Shown in pieces: positions 1-8,693 of a stretch of 33,488 bases of DNA. The first letter of the stretch is position 1. Every line of letters starts with the position of its first letter. The DNA is taken from assembly GCA_044224875.1 (NCBI GenBank), contig JBGAJQ010000059.1:1-33488 (forward strand), in the 5' to 3' direction. A program made the translations under genes and the position numbers. The notes below the pieces were generated by a model that did not search any database, was not told where the DNA came from, and was given only the letters and a program-made list of their open reading frames with translations. This stretch comes from Gemmatimonadaceae bacterium (GTDB lineage Bacteria > Gemmatimonadota > Gemmatimonadetes > Gemmatimonadales > Gemmatimonadaceae).

Positions 1-245
1 GCCAGCACCACGAGTGGAGCCACGGCTTCTCCGATCGACAGGCTGATCTCCGCGCCGATGATGCCCGGCAGCTCCAACTCACGGGCCGTCTGGGAAAACC
101 GGACGACACCCCCGAGGTCATCGCGGTCGGTGAGGGCCAGCCCGGGCATGCCCAGGGCCTTGGCCCGCGACAGCAGCACCTCCGGTTCCGACGCGCCCTC
201 GAGCAGCGAAAAAACCGAGTGGCAGTGAAGCTCGATATAGGACAT
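1..245 (-). CDS. dnaE2: Error-prone DNA polymerase DnaE2/ImuC, N-terminal PHP domain (runs off the left edge)
   Basis: Not in the ORF track. Manual translation from ATG at 245 gives MSYIELHCHSVFSLLEGASEPEVLLSRAKALGMPGLALTDRDDLGGVVRF...IIGAE, the Pol III alpha PHP start (ELHCHS, LALTD). It lies directly downstream of imuB. Confidence 0.93.
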   Translation of the reverse strand, partial: MSYIELHCHSVFSLLEGASEPEVLLSRAKALGMPGLALTDRDDLGGVVRFSQTARELELPGIIGAEISLSIGEAVAPLVVL

Positions 246-309
246 GGCAGGCGTGTGGCGGCACACGGGACGTGCGGCGCGCGGCCGCGGTCCCGTGTGT
301 CAGGCCGCG

Positions 310-2340
310 TCAGTCATACCAGCCCTGCACGTACCACTGATCATTCGGCGCGCGTCGTTCGCGGAACACCAGCAGGTGCGCGAGTGGATCTTCCTGCTCA
401 CAGCGCCAGTAGTCCCGGGCATAGGGATCCTTCCACCAATCGCCGGCCAGTCGTTCCGGACCTATGGCATAACGGACCCGCACGTGACGGCCACGCCACC
501 AGAGGGCCCGTGGCCGCTCCCCGGTGCACTCGACATCCACCAGTTCCGGCGTCTCCAGGTGACGAAAGGCAGCCGACAGTTCAAACAATGAAGCCGCTGG
601 CGGAGTGACGGCGATCCGCTCGAAGGGCCGAGGAGGTCGCCCCTGGGGGTCTCGTGCGCGGGGCGTGCTGGCCGAACGACGCAGGATGGTGGGGGCCATG
701 GCCGGCAACGCTCGGACGTTCGGAAAGGCCTCGCGGGATTCCCGGCCCAGGCCTTGCTCGATGGCGTCCACCGTCACGTCATCCCACCCACCGGCCCATT
801 CTGGTCGATGTTCGTCACGCACGATCGGTCGCACGATCGCCTGTGGGCCAAGCGCTGCCCGCAGGCGGGCGAAGGCGGCGTCGGCGGCCGCGGGGTCACG
901 CCACGCAGGGTCCAGCAGTTCGCCCTGCTCGCCGTTGAGGGGTGCCGTGGCGGTCACCGCCACCGACACCGCGCAGATGGGTGCCGTCAGCTCCCACTTC
1001 TCCAACAGGGCTCGGCAGCGCTCCAGCAGGGGAACGACGCGGGCCAGGGGACGCGGCAACCGTACTTCGCGGGTGATCGTGTGGGCACGCCCATGGCTGG
1101 GCATGGCGCCCTGGGCGTCGTCCAGCGTGAGGGTGATCGCCACCACCGCGGCCGCACGCCCATCGGCGATCAGTTCGCGGACCAGCCGATCGAGGGCGGC
1201 GCGCACGAGAAAGAGGGCCGGCTCCATCACCGACACACTGGGTGACAGTTCGGCGGTGACGGTACGGGCGGCCTCTACCCGCGTCAGGACCGGCCGGCGT
1301 TCGTCATCGCCACGGGCCAGGTGCCAGGCGGCCAATCCCAACGCGCCCCACCGGCGTTCGACATCCTCCGGTGACAGCGCCGCCAGGGGGCCCGCTGTCC
1401 GGATGCCTAACGCGAACAGGGAATCGCGAAGCTCCTCGTCCATCGGAATGAGCCCTAGGGGCACCTCGGCGAGGTAGCTGGCGCAGTGCCCTGGTGGGAC
1501 GACAATCGGCAACCGGCCCGGCCCCGCCGACTCCTGGTGCGGAGCACCCTCGGCGGAACCCAACGCGGTTGTCCTTCGGCGGTCACTCGGACTCGCTGGA
1601 CGCGACCGCTGCCGTTCGGGTCGCATGTCCCACGTCGCCGCCCGCGCGGCGACACAGGAATCGGCGATGGCGACCCGCGCTCCCGGATGCCACATGCGGG
1701 CAATGTCGAGCAACGTCTGGCTCAGGCCGGATTCGCCGCCTAACGAAGAAAACCCGCTGGCCCCCACCCACCAGGTCCCCGGCGCTCCAGCCACCGGTGT
1801 CACCTGCGGACTCGCCATCAGCAAGGCCGCGGTCACCCGTCGCACCTCGTCGGCGATCGCCACCTCGTCCCAGGGCAGGATCGTCAGGGCTGTGCAGCGT
1901 GAACGGGCTTCGTTCACCGTCATGCCTGCCCGCAGCCGTTCATGGCCGGCGGCGGTGGTCACGACACGAACGCGCGACCCCTCAGCAAGAGCCAGCAGTC
2001 GGTCGTCCCAGTGTACGATGGGTGCGGGCCCCACGCCGCCGCGGCTTCCCCGTGCCCCGTCCTCCACTCCCACCGCCACCTGCAACGTCGCCAAGGAGGA
2101 ACTCATCCCGGCGAACGACCGGTTCAGCACACCGGCGCTTGCGGGCGAGTGTTGATCCATGGGGCGATTCGGCCCCGCCAGCAGCAACTGACTCTCGCGA
2201 GCCGGCAGCTCCAGGTTCAACCCCAGCTGGCCGTTTGGCTCCGGGGACGTCCGGCCCGGCCCGCTCGCCACGACGGTTTCGCGTCGCCACACCGCGACGA
2301 TCGGGAACCTCGGAATGCGCACACAGGCGACGCGCCACAT
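310..2340 (-). CDS. imuB: ImuB, Y-family polymerase-like accessory protein
   Basis: N-terminus MWRVACVRIPRFP, core GMTVNEARSRC, C-terminal GPERLAGDWW..RDYW..WYVQGWYD typical of ImuB. Position between imuA and dnaE2. Start moved from 2451 to ATG 2340. Confidence 0.88.
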   Translation of the reverse strand: MWRVACVRIPRFPIVAVWRRETVVASGPGRTSPEPNGQLGLNLELPARESQLLLAGPNRPMDQHSPASAGVLNRSFAGMSSSLATLQVAVGVEDGARGSRGGVGPAPIVHWDDRLLALAEGSRVRVVTTAAGHERLRAGMTVNEARSRCTALTILPWDEVAIADEVRRVTAALLMASPQVTPVAGAPGTWWVGASGFSSLGGESGLSQTLLDIARMWHPGARVAIADSCVAARAATWDMRPERQRSRPASPSDRRRTTALGSAEGAPHQESAGPGRLPIVVPPGHCASYLAEVPLGLIPMDEELRDSLFALGIRTAGPLAALSPEDVERRWGALGLAAWHLARGDDERRPVLTRVEAARTVTAELSPSVSVMEPALFLVRAALDRLVRELIADGRAAAVVAITLTLDDAQGAMPSHGRAHTITREVRLPRPLARVVPLLERCRALLEKWELTAPICAVSVAVTATAPLNGEQGELLDPAWRDPAAADAAFARLRAALGPQAIVRPIVRDEHRPEWAGGWDDVTVDAIEQGLGRESREAFPNVRALPAMAPTILRRSASTPRARDPQGRPPRPFERIAVTPPAASLFELSAAFRHLETPELVDVECTGERPRALWWRGRHVRVRYAIGPERLAGDWWKDPYARDYWRCEQEDPLAHLLVFRERRAPNDQWYVQGWYD

Positions 2341-2992
2341 CGATGACACAAGACACCTCCACTGACCGGGACTGATTCGTTCCGCCTTTCTCCACCGTGA
2401 CCGTGACCGCGCGCGTGGTTCCCGCTCCGCCACCAGACGCCCGACGCCCACGCTCCGCTCGCTCCGTCACCTGCAACCGTACCGCACTCCCGGCGACCTG
2501 CCCGCGCTGGCGCTCCTCCGCATCCTGCACCAGCACAAAGGCCGCGTCGCTGTCACGCGCCAGACGCGTCAGGCGAATCCCCACCTCGCGCGACAACGCC
2601 GGCACCCCGTCCAGCACCACCAGCCCAAACGCCCCACTCCGCAGCAGCACATCGGCGCACCAGGCGCCACGCCCCGCGTCCTTCGGACGCACCACCCACA
2701 ACAACCCACTCTCGCCGATGCTCGCCCAGTCACGCGGCGACAACGTGCGGGCCGCATCCACATAGGCCACCCAACGCCGTGCCGCGATCGCTCCCGCCAC
2801 GACCTCCCGAATCACCGTCGTCTTCCCGCTCCCTCGTGTGCCGATCACCTCGGTCAACCGGCCACTGGGAATCCCACCACCCGCCAACACCGCATCGAGT
2901 GCTGGAATGCCCATCGACAACACCCCCGTGGTTCCACGCGGCGGATCCAGCAGGTCGGCGATCTGTTGGCGCAGGGCAGCAAGCACGATCAA
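1982..2992 (-). CDS. imuA: ImuA, RecA-like protein
   Basis: GIPALDAVLAGGGIPSGRLTEVIG, Walker A GTRGSGKT, YVDA, Walker B LVVLD. First gene of the cassette. Start is TTG 2992 or GTG 2986. Confidence 0.85.
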   Translation of the reverse strand: MIVLAALRQQIADLLDPPRGTTGVLSMGIPALDAVLAGGGIPSGRLTEVIGTRGSGKTTVIREVVAGAIAARRWVAYVDAARTLSPRDWASIGESGLLWVVRPKDAGRGAWCADVLLRSGAFGLVVLDGVPALSREVGIRLTRLARDSDAAFVLVQDAEERQRGQVAGSAVRLQVTERAERGRRASGGGAGTTRAVTVTVEKGGTNQSRSVEVSCVIDVARRLCAHSEVPDRRGVATRNRRGERAGPDVPGAKRPAGVEPGAAGSRESVAAGGAESPHGSTLARKRRCAEPVVRRDEFLLGDVAGGGGSGGRGTGKPRRRGARTHRTLGRPTAGSC

Positions 2993-3036
2993 TCGTTAGG
3001 TGGCAGGACACATCGCAGGAAAAAGAACGGGCGGAG

Positions 3037-3064
3037 AACATACCGAACAAATACCGAAACTCAA
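3037..3064 (-). promoter_or_regulatory. imuA sigma70-like promoter with candidate SOS/LexA operator in the spacer
   Basis: Minus strand TTGAGT-N16-TATGTT. Plus strand ATACCGAACAAATACCGAA at 3040-3058 is nearly identical to the motif at 6107-6125. Confidence 0.7.
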
Positions 3065-3402
3065 GAGGGAAGAAATGACCGCGACAAGGATCGCGGTCCG
3101 TTCAAATGTCTTCAGCCCAAGGACACCGTCAGCGCCAAGAGACCGCTCCCGCCCGAAGATCGCCGCGATCTGCGTGGCAACGTCATCTCGACCCTTCGAG
3201 GAAAAGACAGGAGCGTTAGTCGCACGTGGGCTCAGTGGTTACAAAAAACAGACACGACGACGCACCTCCGGGCGGCGGACGAGTGGACGGCGCCGAAACG
3301 CCGGCTCACTTTCCTCGTATGGACAACTCTGAATCACCATATAGCGGACCCGTGTCCGGTGCCGGGGCCGCGTCGCCACCGCCCACCTATACCACTGTGG
3401 TC

Positions 3403-3564
3403 ATGTCCAAGACTCGCGAAGCCGCACGCGCCGGCATCACCATGGGTAGCGCGCTTGCCATCACGATCTCCTGGAGCGTCAACCACTCCATCCTCTGGGC
3501 GATCCTTCACGGCTTCTTCTCCTGGCTCTACGTCATCTACTACGCCTTCACGCACGCCCGGTGA
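3403..3564 (+). CDS. Small membrane protein of unknown function
   Basis: GSALAITISWSVNHSILWAILHGFFSWLYVIYYA is hydrophobic and resembles a widespread small hypothetical family. Alternative start at ATG 3319. Confidence 0.7.
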   Translation: MSKTREAARAGITMGSALAITISWSVNHSILWAILHGFFSWLYVIYYAFTHAR

Positions 3565-3683
3565 GTGTTCAGTCATGGCCACCGTCAGCCTCCACCCGTG
3601 AGAAGAATGGGCGTCGGAGCTGACGGGTGCGGACGGACAACGAATGCCGGTGTCGATCTCCATTGGGCCCAGCGCAGCGGAGA

Positions 3684-3758
3684 TGCCGCGAGCAGGGCCC
3701 CCAAGTCGAGCGCGATCGACCGCTTGTTCTTCAAACGCTCCGGCACGTCCCCATTCAC
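3684..3758 (-). pseudogene. Short clpB-like relic (about 25 codons)
   Basis: VNGDVPERLKNKRSIALDLGALLAA closely resembles the ClpB NBD1 segment (GDVPExLKNKRxxxLDxGALxAG). Similarity is lost on both sides. Confidence 0.6.
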
Positions 3759-3772
3759 GTCAGGCCGCGTCA

Positions 3773-4240
3773 TCACAGGTCCTTCCGGAAGCAGACCACG
3801 GCCTCGATCTCGGTGAAGCCGAGGGCGCGGTGTGCGGCCTGACTGATGTGGTTGTCGATGAGCGCGTCCGATGCGAACTCGGTACAGCCCTTGGTTCGCG
3901 CCCACGCCTCGCCAGCCGCAACAAGCGCCCGCCCCACGCCACGCCGCCGCCACCCCGGCACCACGTACCATCCCTCCAGGTAGCCGATCCGGTCGCTGAC
4001 ACATCCGGGCGCCAGTGCCCGGATCGACAGCTCCACGAACCCCACCGGGACTTCACCCGCCACCGCCACCAAACAGGTGTCGCCGGCGCCGGTCGCGAGG
4101 TACTCGGCAATCTCCGATCGATGCTCCGCGCGGCTCCCCTCCGGCCACAGCGCCACGCGCATCTCCAGCCACGCATCGGTATCCGCGGCACGCACCGGCC
4201 GCACCACCACGGCTCTCCCTTCCTCGGCGACACCAGCCAT
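3773..4240 (-). CDS. GNAT acetyltransferase, AAC(6')-I-like
   Basis: GFVELSIR, GYLEGWYV, RRRGVGRAL acetyl-CoA motif, GCTEFASDALIDN, HRALGF..VCFRKDL. Confidence 0.85.
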   Translation of the reverse strand: MAGVAEEGRAVVVRPVRAADTDAWLEMRVALWPEGSRAEHRSEIAEYLATGAGDTCLVAVAGEVPVGFVELSIRALAPGCVSDRIGYLEGWYVVPGWRRRGVGRALVAAGEAWARTKGCTEFASDALIDNHISQAAHRALGFTEIEAVVCFRKDL

Positions 4241-4249
4241 CGTCAGCTC

Positions 4250-4756
4250 CTACATCCCCGTGTCATCGGCACTCGGCCCGTACGAACCGGGAATCGGCAC
4301 ATTGTTGAGGCGCAGGAAGACCCCAAACTGCGCCCGATGATGGATCGTGTGGCTCAGCACCCACGTCCGGAACATCGTTGCCCGCGGCATGGTGAACAGG
4401 GCCTGCCCACCCATCTTGAACGTCCACGGCTTCATGAACTCCTCGTCCGACGTGGATGCAATCGCCGACCTGGTGGCCGACACATTCTTGTCGAACTCCG
4501 CCAGGGCCTGCGCCTTGCTCGTGAACGGTGTCGGCGTATAGGGCGGGGCGCCCGGCGGGGCGATGTCCAGCTCCGACTCCTTCACCTGCAACCCCCAGGA
4601 CGGGATCTCGGCCAGGTGCTGGGCCAGACGGCCTAACGACATGGACTTCTCGTGCGGTTTCCAGGCGGATTTGTCCTCGGGTGTCCGCTCGATGAACTTG
4701 CGAGTGGTCGCCATCTCCTGGTCGAACTCGGGGAGGAAGGTCTCGGCAATCGACAT
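4250..4756 (-). CDS. DinB/YfiT-family protein
   Basis: EFDQEMATTRK, WKPHEKSMSLGRLAQHLAE, HTIHHRAQ..YGPSAD with the His triad. Start at ATG 4756. Confidence 0.88.
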   Translation of the reverse strand: MSIAETFLPEFDQEMATTRKFIERTPEDKSAWKPHEKSMSLGRLAQHLAEIPSWGLQVKESELDIAPPGAPPYTPTPFTSKAQALAEFDKNVSATRSAIASTSDEEFMKPWTFKMGGQALFTMPRATMFRTWVLSHTIHHRAQFGVFLRLNNVPIPGSYGPSADDTGM

Positions 4757-4941
4757 GATACGTTCTCGGTAAGAGGTGAACATCGGTGACGCTCATCCGC
4801 GCGCGGTCCAAGCGGCGACCGACGCGACGACCCACTGCCGCCGTTCGGTCCCGGCGATGACCGTTGTGGCGATCCTGCCCACAGCTCGCGCGGTCCCAGC
4901 GACGGCCGACGCGACGAACCTACGACATGCACGACAACGTT

Positions 4942-6060
4942 CTATAGGGGAAGTCCCAACTCCAGCTGCGTCGTTCGCGCCACGATCGCCGACGCTCCGT
5001 CCGCGCAGGTGCGCTCCCCCCCCGCCGATTGGCCGTCGGCTGAAGCTACGGCCTCCTCACGATTCGACAGGGTGTGAAAGGGCAGTCCGACTTCGCGGCT
5101 GGTCCGCTCCATGAACCGGAGCAGTCCGTGGGTATATCGTTCGCTCATGTGGTCGTCCTCGGCGAAGGTGGTCCGGTAGCGGGTGGCAAGGTCAGGGAAC
5201 TCCGCCACGATGAATGGCAGGTACCGGCGACGCGCCGCCGGCTGCAACCGCAGGGCACAAGCGTGCACGTGCGACACGCCAGCGTCGGCCACCCGCCGCA
5301 AGAGGGTGCGGAGCGTGTCCGGCCGGTCGGTGATCCCCGGCAAGATCGGCATCACGTTCACGCCCACGTCGATGCCGGCTTCGCTCAACCGCTGCATGGC
5401 CCGCACCCGCGCGTCCGGCGTCGGCGCTCGCGGTTCAACCCGACGGGCGAGCTCCCGATCGGTCGTGATCAATGAGACGTGCACCGTGAGTCGCGACCGC
5501 GCGGCCACGCGAGCCAGGAGGTCCACGTCGCGCACCACCAGCGGGCTCTTGGTCGTGATCACGATCCGAAGTCCGCGGTAGACGCCGAGTACCTCGAGGA
5601 TCTCCCGCGTGACGCGGTACCGGCGTTCGGCGGGTTGGTATGGATCGGTAGCAGTGCCAATCAACAGGGTTTCGCCAGCGAGGAACCGCGCCACACGCGC
5701 CCCGCCTCCCGCCAGCTGCGACCGTAGGACGGCAGCGGCATTCCGCTTCACGAAGATCCGCCGCTCGAACGAGAGCCAATCCGGCAGCTCCAACAATGAC
5801 TGGGACGCCTCATGTCCGTCGCCCAGCTCCGTCACGGCGCGCTCGCTCACGTGCCGATGCGTGTACCGGGCGTAGCAGTAGGCACAGCCGAAAGCGCACC
5901 CCACATATGGGTTGATCGACCAGAACCCCATCCCGGTGGTTTCCGGTCCGTTGAGCACGCCCCGCGCTTCCGCGCCGAAATAGCGGATGTCCTTTTGCGC
6001 GCTCAGGGCCACGGGGGCCGGGAGCCGCCGAGAGATGGGAGGCAGGAGTGACTGCTGCAT
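4942..6060 (-). CDS. Radical SAM protein, spore photoproduct lyase-like (Rv2578c-type)
   Basis: SINPYVGCAFGCAYCYAR (CxxxCxxC), GTATDPYQPAE, ITTKSPLV, EPRAPTP. Confidence 0.9.
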   Translation of the reverse strand: MQQSLLPPISRRLPAPVALSAQKDIRYFGAEARGVLNGPETTGMGFWSINPYVGCAFGCAYCYARYTHRHVSERAVTELGDGHEASQSLLELPDWLSFERRIFVKRNAAAVLRSQLAGGGARVARFLAGETLLIGTATDPYQPAERRYRVTREILEVLGVYRGLRIVITTKSPLVVRDVDLLARVAARSRLTVHVSLITTDRELARRVEPRAPTPDARVRAMQRLSEAGIDVGVNVMPILPGITDRPDTLRTLLRRVADAGVSHVHACALRLQPAARRRYLPFIVAEFPDLATRYRTTFAEDDHMSERYTHGLLRFMERTSREVGLPFHTLSNREEAVASADGQSAGGERTCADGASAIVARTTQLELGLPL

Positions 6061-6103
6061 GCGATGACCTCACTCCCGGGCCGTTCGCGGCACCGGGGAG
6101 AGA

Positions 6104-6132
6104 GTAATACCGAACAAAGGCCGAAGATGCAA
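6104..6132 (-). promoter_or_regulatory. Radical SAM gene promoter with candidate SOS/LexA operator
   Basis: Minus strand TTGCAT-N17-TATTAC. Plus strand ATACCGAACAAAGGCCGAA at 6107-6125. Confidence 0.7.
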
Positions 6133-6255
6133 GACCCACCTTCATGACGGCCGGTGGCCCTCGGAGATCGAAATCCTAAGTCTCTTGCCGGGTGGCACTT
6201 GCGCCCCGTTGGACGGGCGGCAGTATCAGGGGTCCTCGAGCCTGAGCCAGCCAAA

Positions 6256-7677
6256 ATGCGCATTGTCCGTTCGGTCGGCGCCGTTGCCGTCCTGAGTGCC
6301 GCCACGCTGTCGGCCCAGGGGCGTCCTCCCCTGTCCAAGGCGGCAGGCAGCTACGTGGAAATCGACGCGCCCGTCGTCGCCCTCACGCATGTGCGTTTGA
6401 TCGACGGCACCGGCGCCGCGCCGCGCGAAGACCAGACGATCGTCATCGAGGGCGAGCGTATCGCCAGCGTCGGAGCTGCCGGTAGCGTGACGGTGCCCCA
6501 GGGGGCGCGGGTGTTGGACCTGAACGGACACACCGTGACGCCGGGGATCGTGGGTCTGCACGAGCACACCTACTTCGCCGCCACCACGCACACGACGCAG
6601 ATGACGGTGTCAGGCCCCCTGTTGTACCTGGGCAACGGCGTCACCACGATCCGCACGGCGGGCAGCATGTTCCCGTACGAAGAACTGAACATGAAGCGAG
6701 CCATCGATCGTGGGGACTTGCCGGGGCCGCGCATGTTCATCACCGGTCCGTACCTGAACGGTCCCTCCACGGGTGTTGGCGGAACGAGTCGTGGCCTCGC
6801 GTCCGCGGATGAGGCGCGGCGTGTGGTGGCCTACTGGGCGGAAGAAGGCGCGAGCTGGCTCAAGTTCTCGGGATCGATCTCCCGCGACGTCATGGCCGCA
6901 GCGATCGATGAGGCGCACAAGCACGGTATGCGTGCCACGGGCCACCTCTGCTCCGTTACGTTCGCCGAGGCCGCTTCGTTAGGCATCGATGCGCTGGAGC
7001 ATGGCTTCATCACCAACAGCGCCTACATCCAGGGCAAGAAGCCGGACGTCTGTCCACCGGGGAACATGCGCGACCAGGCGGACATCGATGAAAAAAGTGC
7101 GGACGTGCAGGCGTCGTTGCGCGAGCTGGCCGCCAAGGGCGTGGCGTTGACGTCGACGCTAGCCGTGTATGAGACCTTCGTGCCCGAGCGCGCGCGCCTG
7201 AACCCGCAGGCCATGGAGATGCTGGCCCCCGACACGCGGCGCGAGGTCGAGGAAACGCATGCGAACATCGCCAAGGGCGGGCTGGTCGTCCCGGTGCGGC
7301 TGATCAAGAAGATGATGCAGTGGGAGTATGACTTTGTTCAAGCTGGCGGTCTACTCGGCGCCGGTGTGGACCCGTGGGGTACCGGCATGCTCCCCGGGTT
7401 CGGGGACCTCCGAAACTTCGAGATGCTCGTGGAGGCCGGGTTCTCCCCGTCGCAGGCCGTGCAGGTCATGACGCTCAATGGCGCGCGCATCCTGCGTCAG
7501 GATGCCACCACCGGCAGTGTGCAGGTGGGCAAGCGCGCCGACCTCGTCGTCATTCGCGGCAATCCCGTCGCGACACCGTCGGACATCTATCGCGTGGTCA
7601 CAGTGTTCAAGGACGGCTACGGCTATTCCACCGAGCGCCTGTTCAATGGCGCCCGCGGCAAGGTCGGTGTTCGTTAG
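6256..7677 (+). CDS. Secreted amidohydrolase family protein
   Basis: Signal peptide, LIDGTG, PGIVGLHEH metal motif, GVTTIRTAG, GKRADLVV. Start at ATG 6256. Confidence 0.88.
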   Translation: MRIVRSVGAVAVLSAATLSAQGRPPLSKAAGSYVEIDAPVVALTHVRLIDGTGAAPREDQTIVIEGERIASVGAAGSVTVPQGARVLDLNGHTVTPGIVGLHEHTYFAATTHTTQMTVSGPLLYLGNGVTTIRTAGSMFPYEELNMKRAIDRGDLPGPRMFITGPYLNGPSTGVGGTSRGLASADEARRVVAYWAEEGASWLKFSGSISRDVMAAAIDEAHKHGMRATGHLCSVTFAEAASLGIDALEHGFITNSAYIQGKKPDVCPPGNMRDQADIDEKSADVQASLRELAAKGVALTSTLAVYETFVPERARLNPQAMEMLAPDTRREVEETHANIAKGGLVVPVRLIKKMMQWEYDFVQAGGLLGAGVDPWGTGMLPGFGDLRNFEMLVEAGFSPSQAVQVMTLNGARILRQDATTGSVQVGKRADLVVIRGNPVATPSDIYRVVTVFKDGYGYSTERLFNGARGKVGVR

Positions 7678-7816
7678 GTTGCCTCGTTACGGCATCGCGT
7701 CACCAGCAGACACGCCTGCCGCGAGTAGGCGTGCCCAAGCTCAGTCGCTGAAACGCTCGTCTCGACGCTCGTGGAGACGAATGGCTGAACGCGCATCGTA
7801 GAGGGCAGCGGCACCA

Positions 7817-8614
7817 GTGATCCACACCCCTCCCAACGCAGCTGCTACCGTGTCGCCGGCTCCCGCACCGGCGGAGTTCAGGGTGTGGCCGTACCGCATT
7901 GCCGGCTTGGCGTCGCTGGAGTTTGTGCTGCTGACGGCGATGGCCATGCAGTTCTATCCCGGCGGGACGAACGTGGATCACCTCACGTTCGGGTATTCAT
8001 TCCTGCACAACTTCTTCAGTGACCTTGGGCTGACGGTGGCACACAATGGACAGCGGAACACGCTGTCGGCGGCGCTCTTCGTCGTCGCCCTCGTCTCCAT
8101 CGGGGCATCGCTCATCGCGTTCTCCCTGACGCTACCACAGCTCTTTCGCGACACACCGGGTTTGCACCGGTTGAGCCTGGCGGGGTCCACATTTGGCGTG
8201 ATCTCGGGATTGGCGTACATCGGCATCGCCTGCACCCCCGCCAATCTCCTCCTCAGCTGGCACATGCGATTCGTGCAGACCGCGTTTCGCACTTTTCTCG
8301 TGGTCGTCCTCTGCTACGGTGTCGCCACCTGGCGCCATTCCACGTATCCTCGACGCTATGCCATAGGGTGGTTGTCCTTCGCGGCGTTGCTGGCGGCGTA
8401 TGTGTGGCTGCTGATCGCCGGGCCCAGTGCGCGGACGCCGGAGGGCCTGCTGATCCAGGCTACGGGCCAGAAGATCATCGTCTACGCGTCCATCGTCTGT
8501 GTGTGGTGGCAGTGCCGAGGTGCGTTGCAACTGGCGACCGCACTCACCCGTCGGAGGTACGTGGCGAGCTCGAACGCCGATCGCGATCGTACCGCCGCCG
8601 TCGTCACGTCCTGA
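7817..8614 (+). CDS. Multi-pass membrane protein of unknown function
   Basis: About six hydrophobic segments; YPGG..GYSFLHNFFSDLG motif near the N-terminus. Confidence 0.75.
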   Translation: MIHTPPNAAATVSPAPAPAEFRVWPYRIAGLASLEFVLLTAMAMQFYPGGTNVDHLTFGYSFLHNFFSDLGLTVAHNGQRNTLSAALFVVALVSIGASLIAFSLTLPQLFRDTPGLHRLSLAGSTFGVISGLAYIGIACTPANLLLSWHMRFVQTAFRTFLVVVLCYGVATWRHSTYPRRYAIGWLSFAALLAAYVWLLIAGPSARTPEGLLIQATGQKIIVYASIVCVWWQCRGALQLATALTRRRYVASSNADRDRTAAVVTS

Positions 8615-8693
8615 ACGCCATCGCAGTCGTCGCGATGTGGCCGCGCAGGTGGTCGCTCGCGCACGATTGCTGAGGCCCTGTTTGCGTGTCCGC

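Noticed and set aside
219..2765. Many plus-strand ORFs opposite imuA and imuB
   Set aside because: Antisense shadows typical of high-GC DNA; Arg/Pro/Ala-rich with no motifs.
2966..3400. ORFs 2966-3601 and 3000-3332, and the hairpin GACCGCGA-N6-TCGCGGTC at 3077-3098
   Set aside because: No recognisable family, the ORFs overlap the imuA promoter, and the hairpin has no U-tract.
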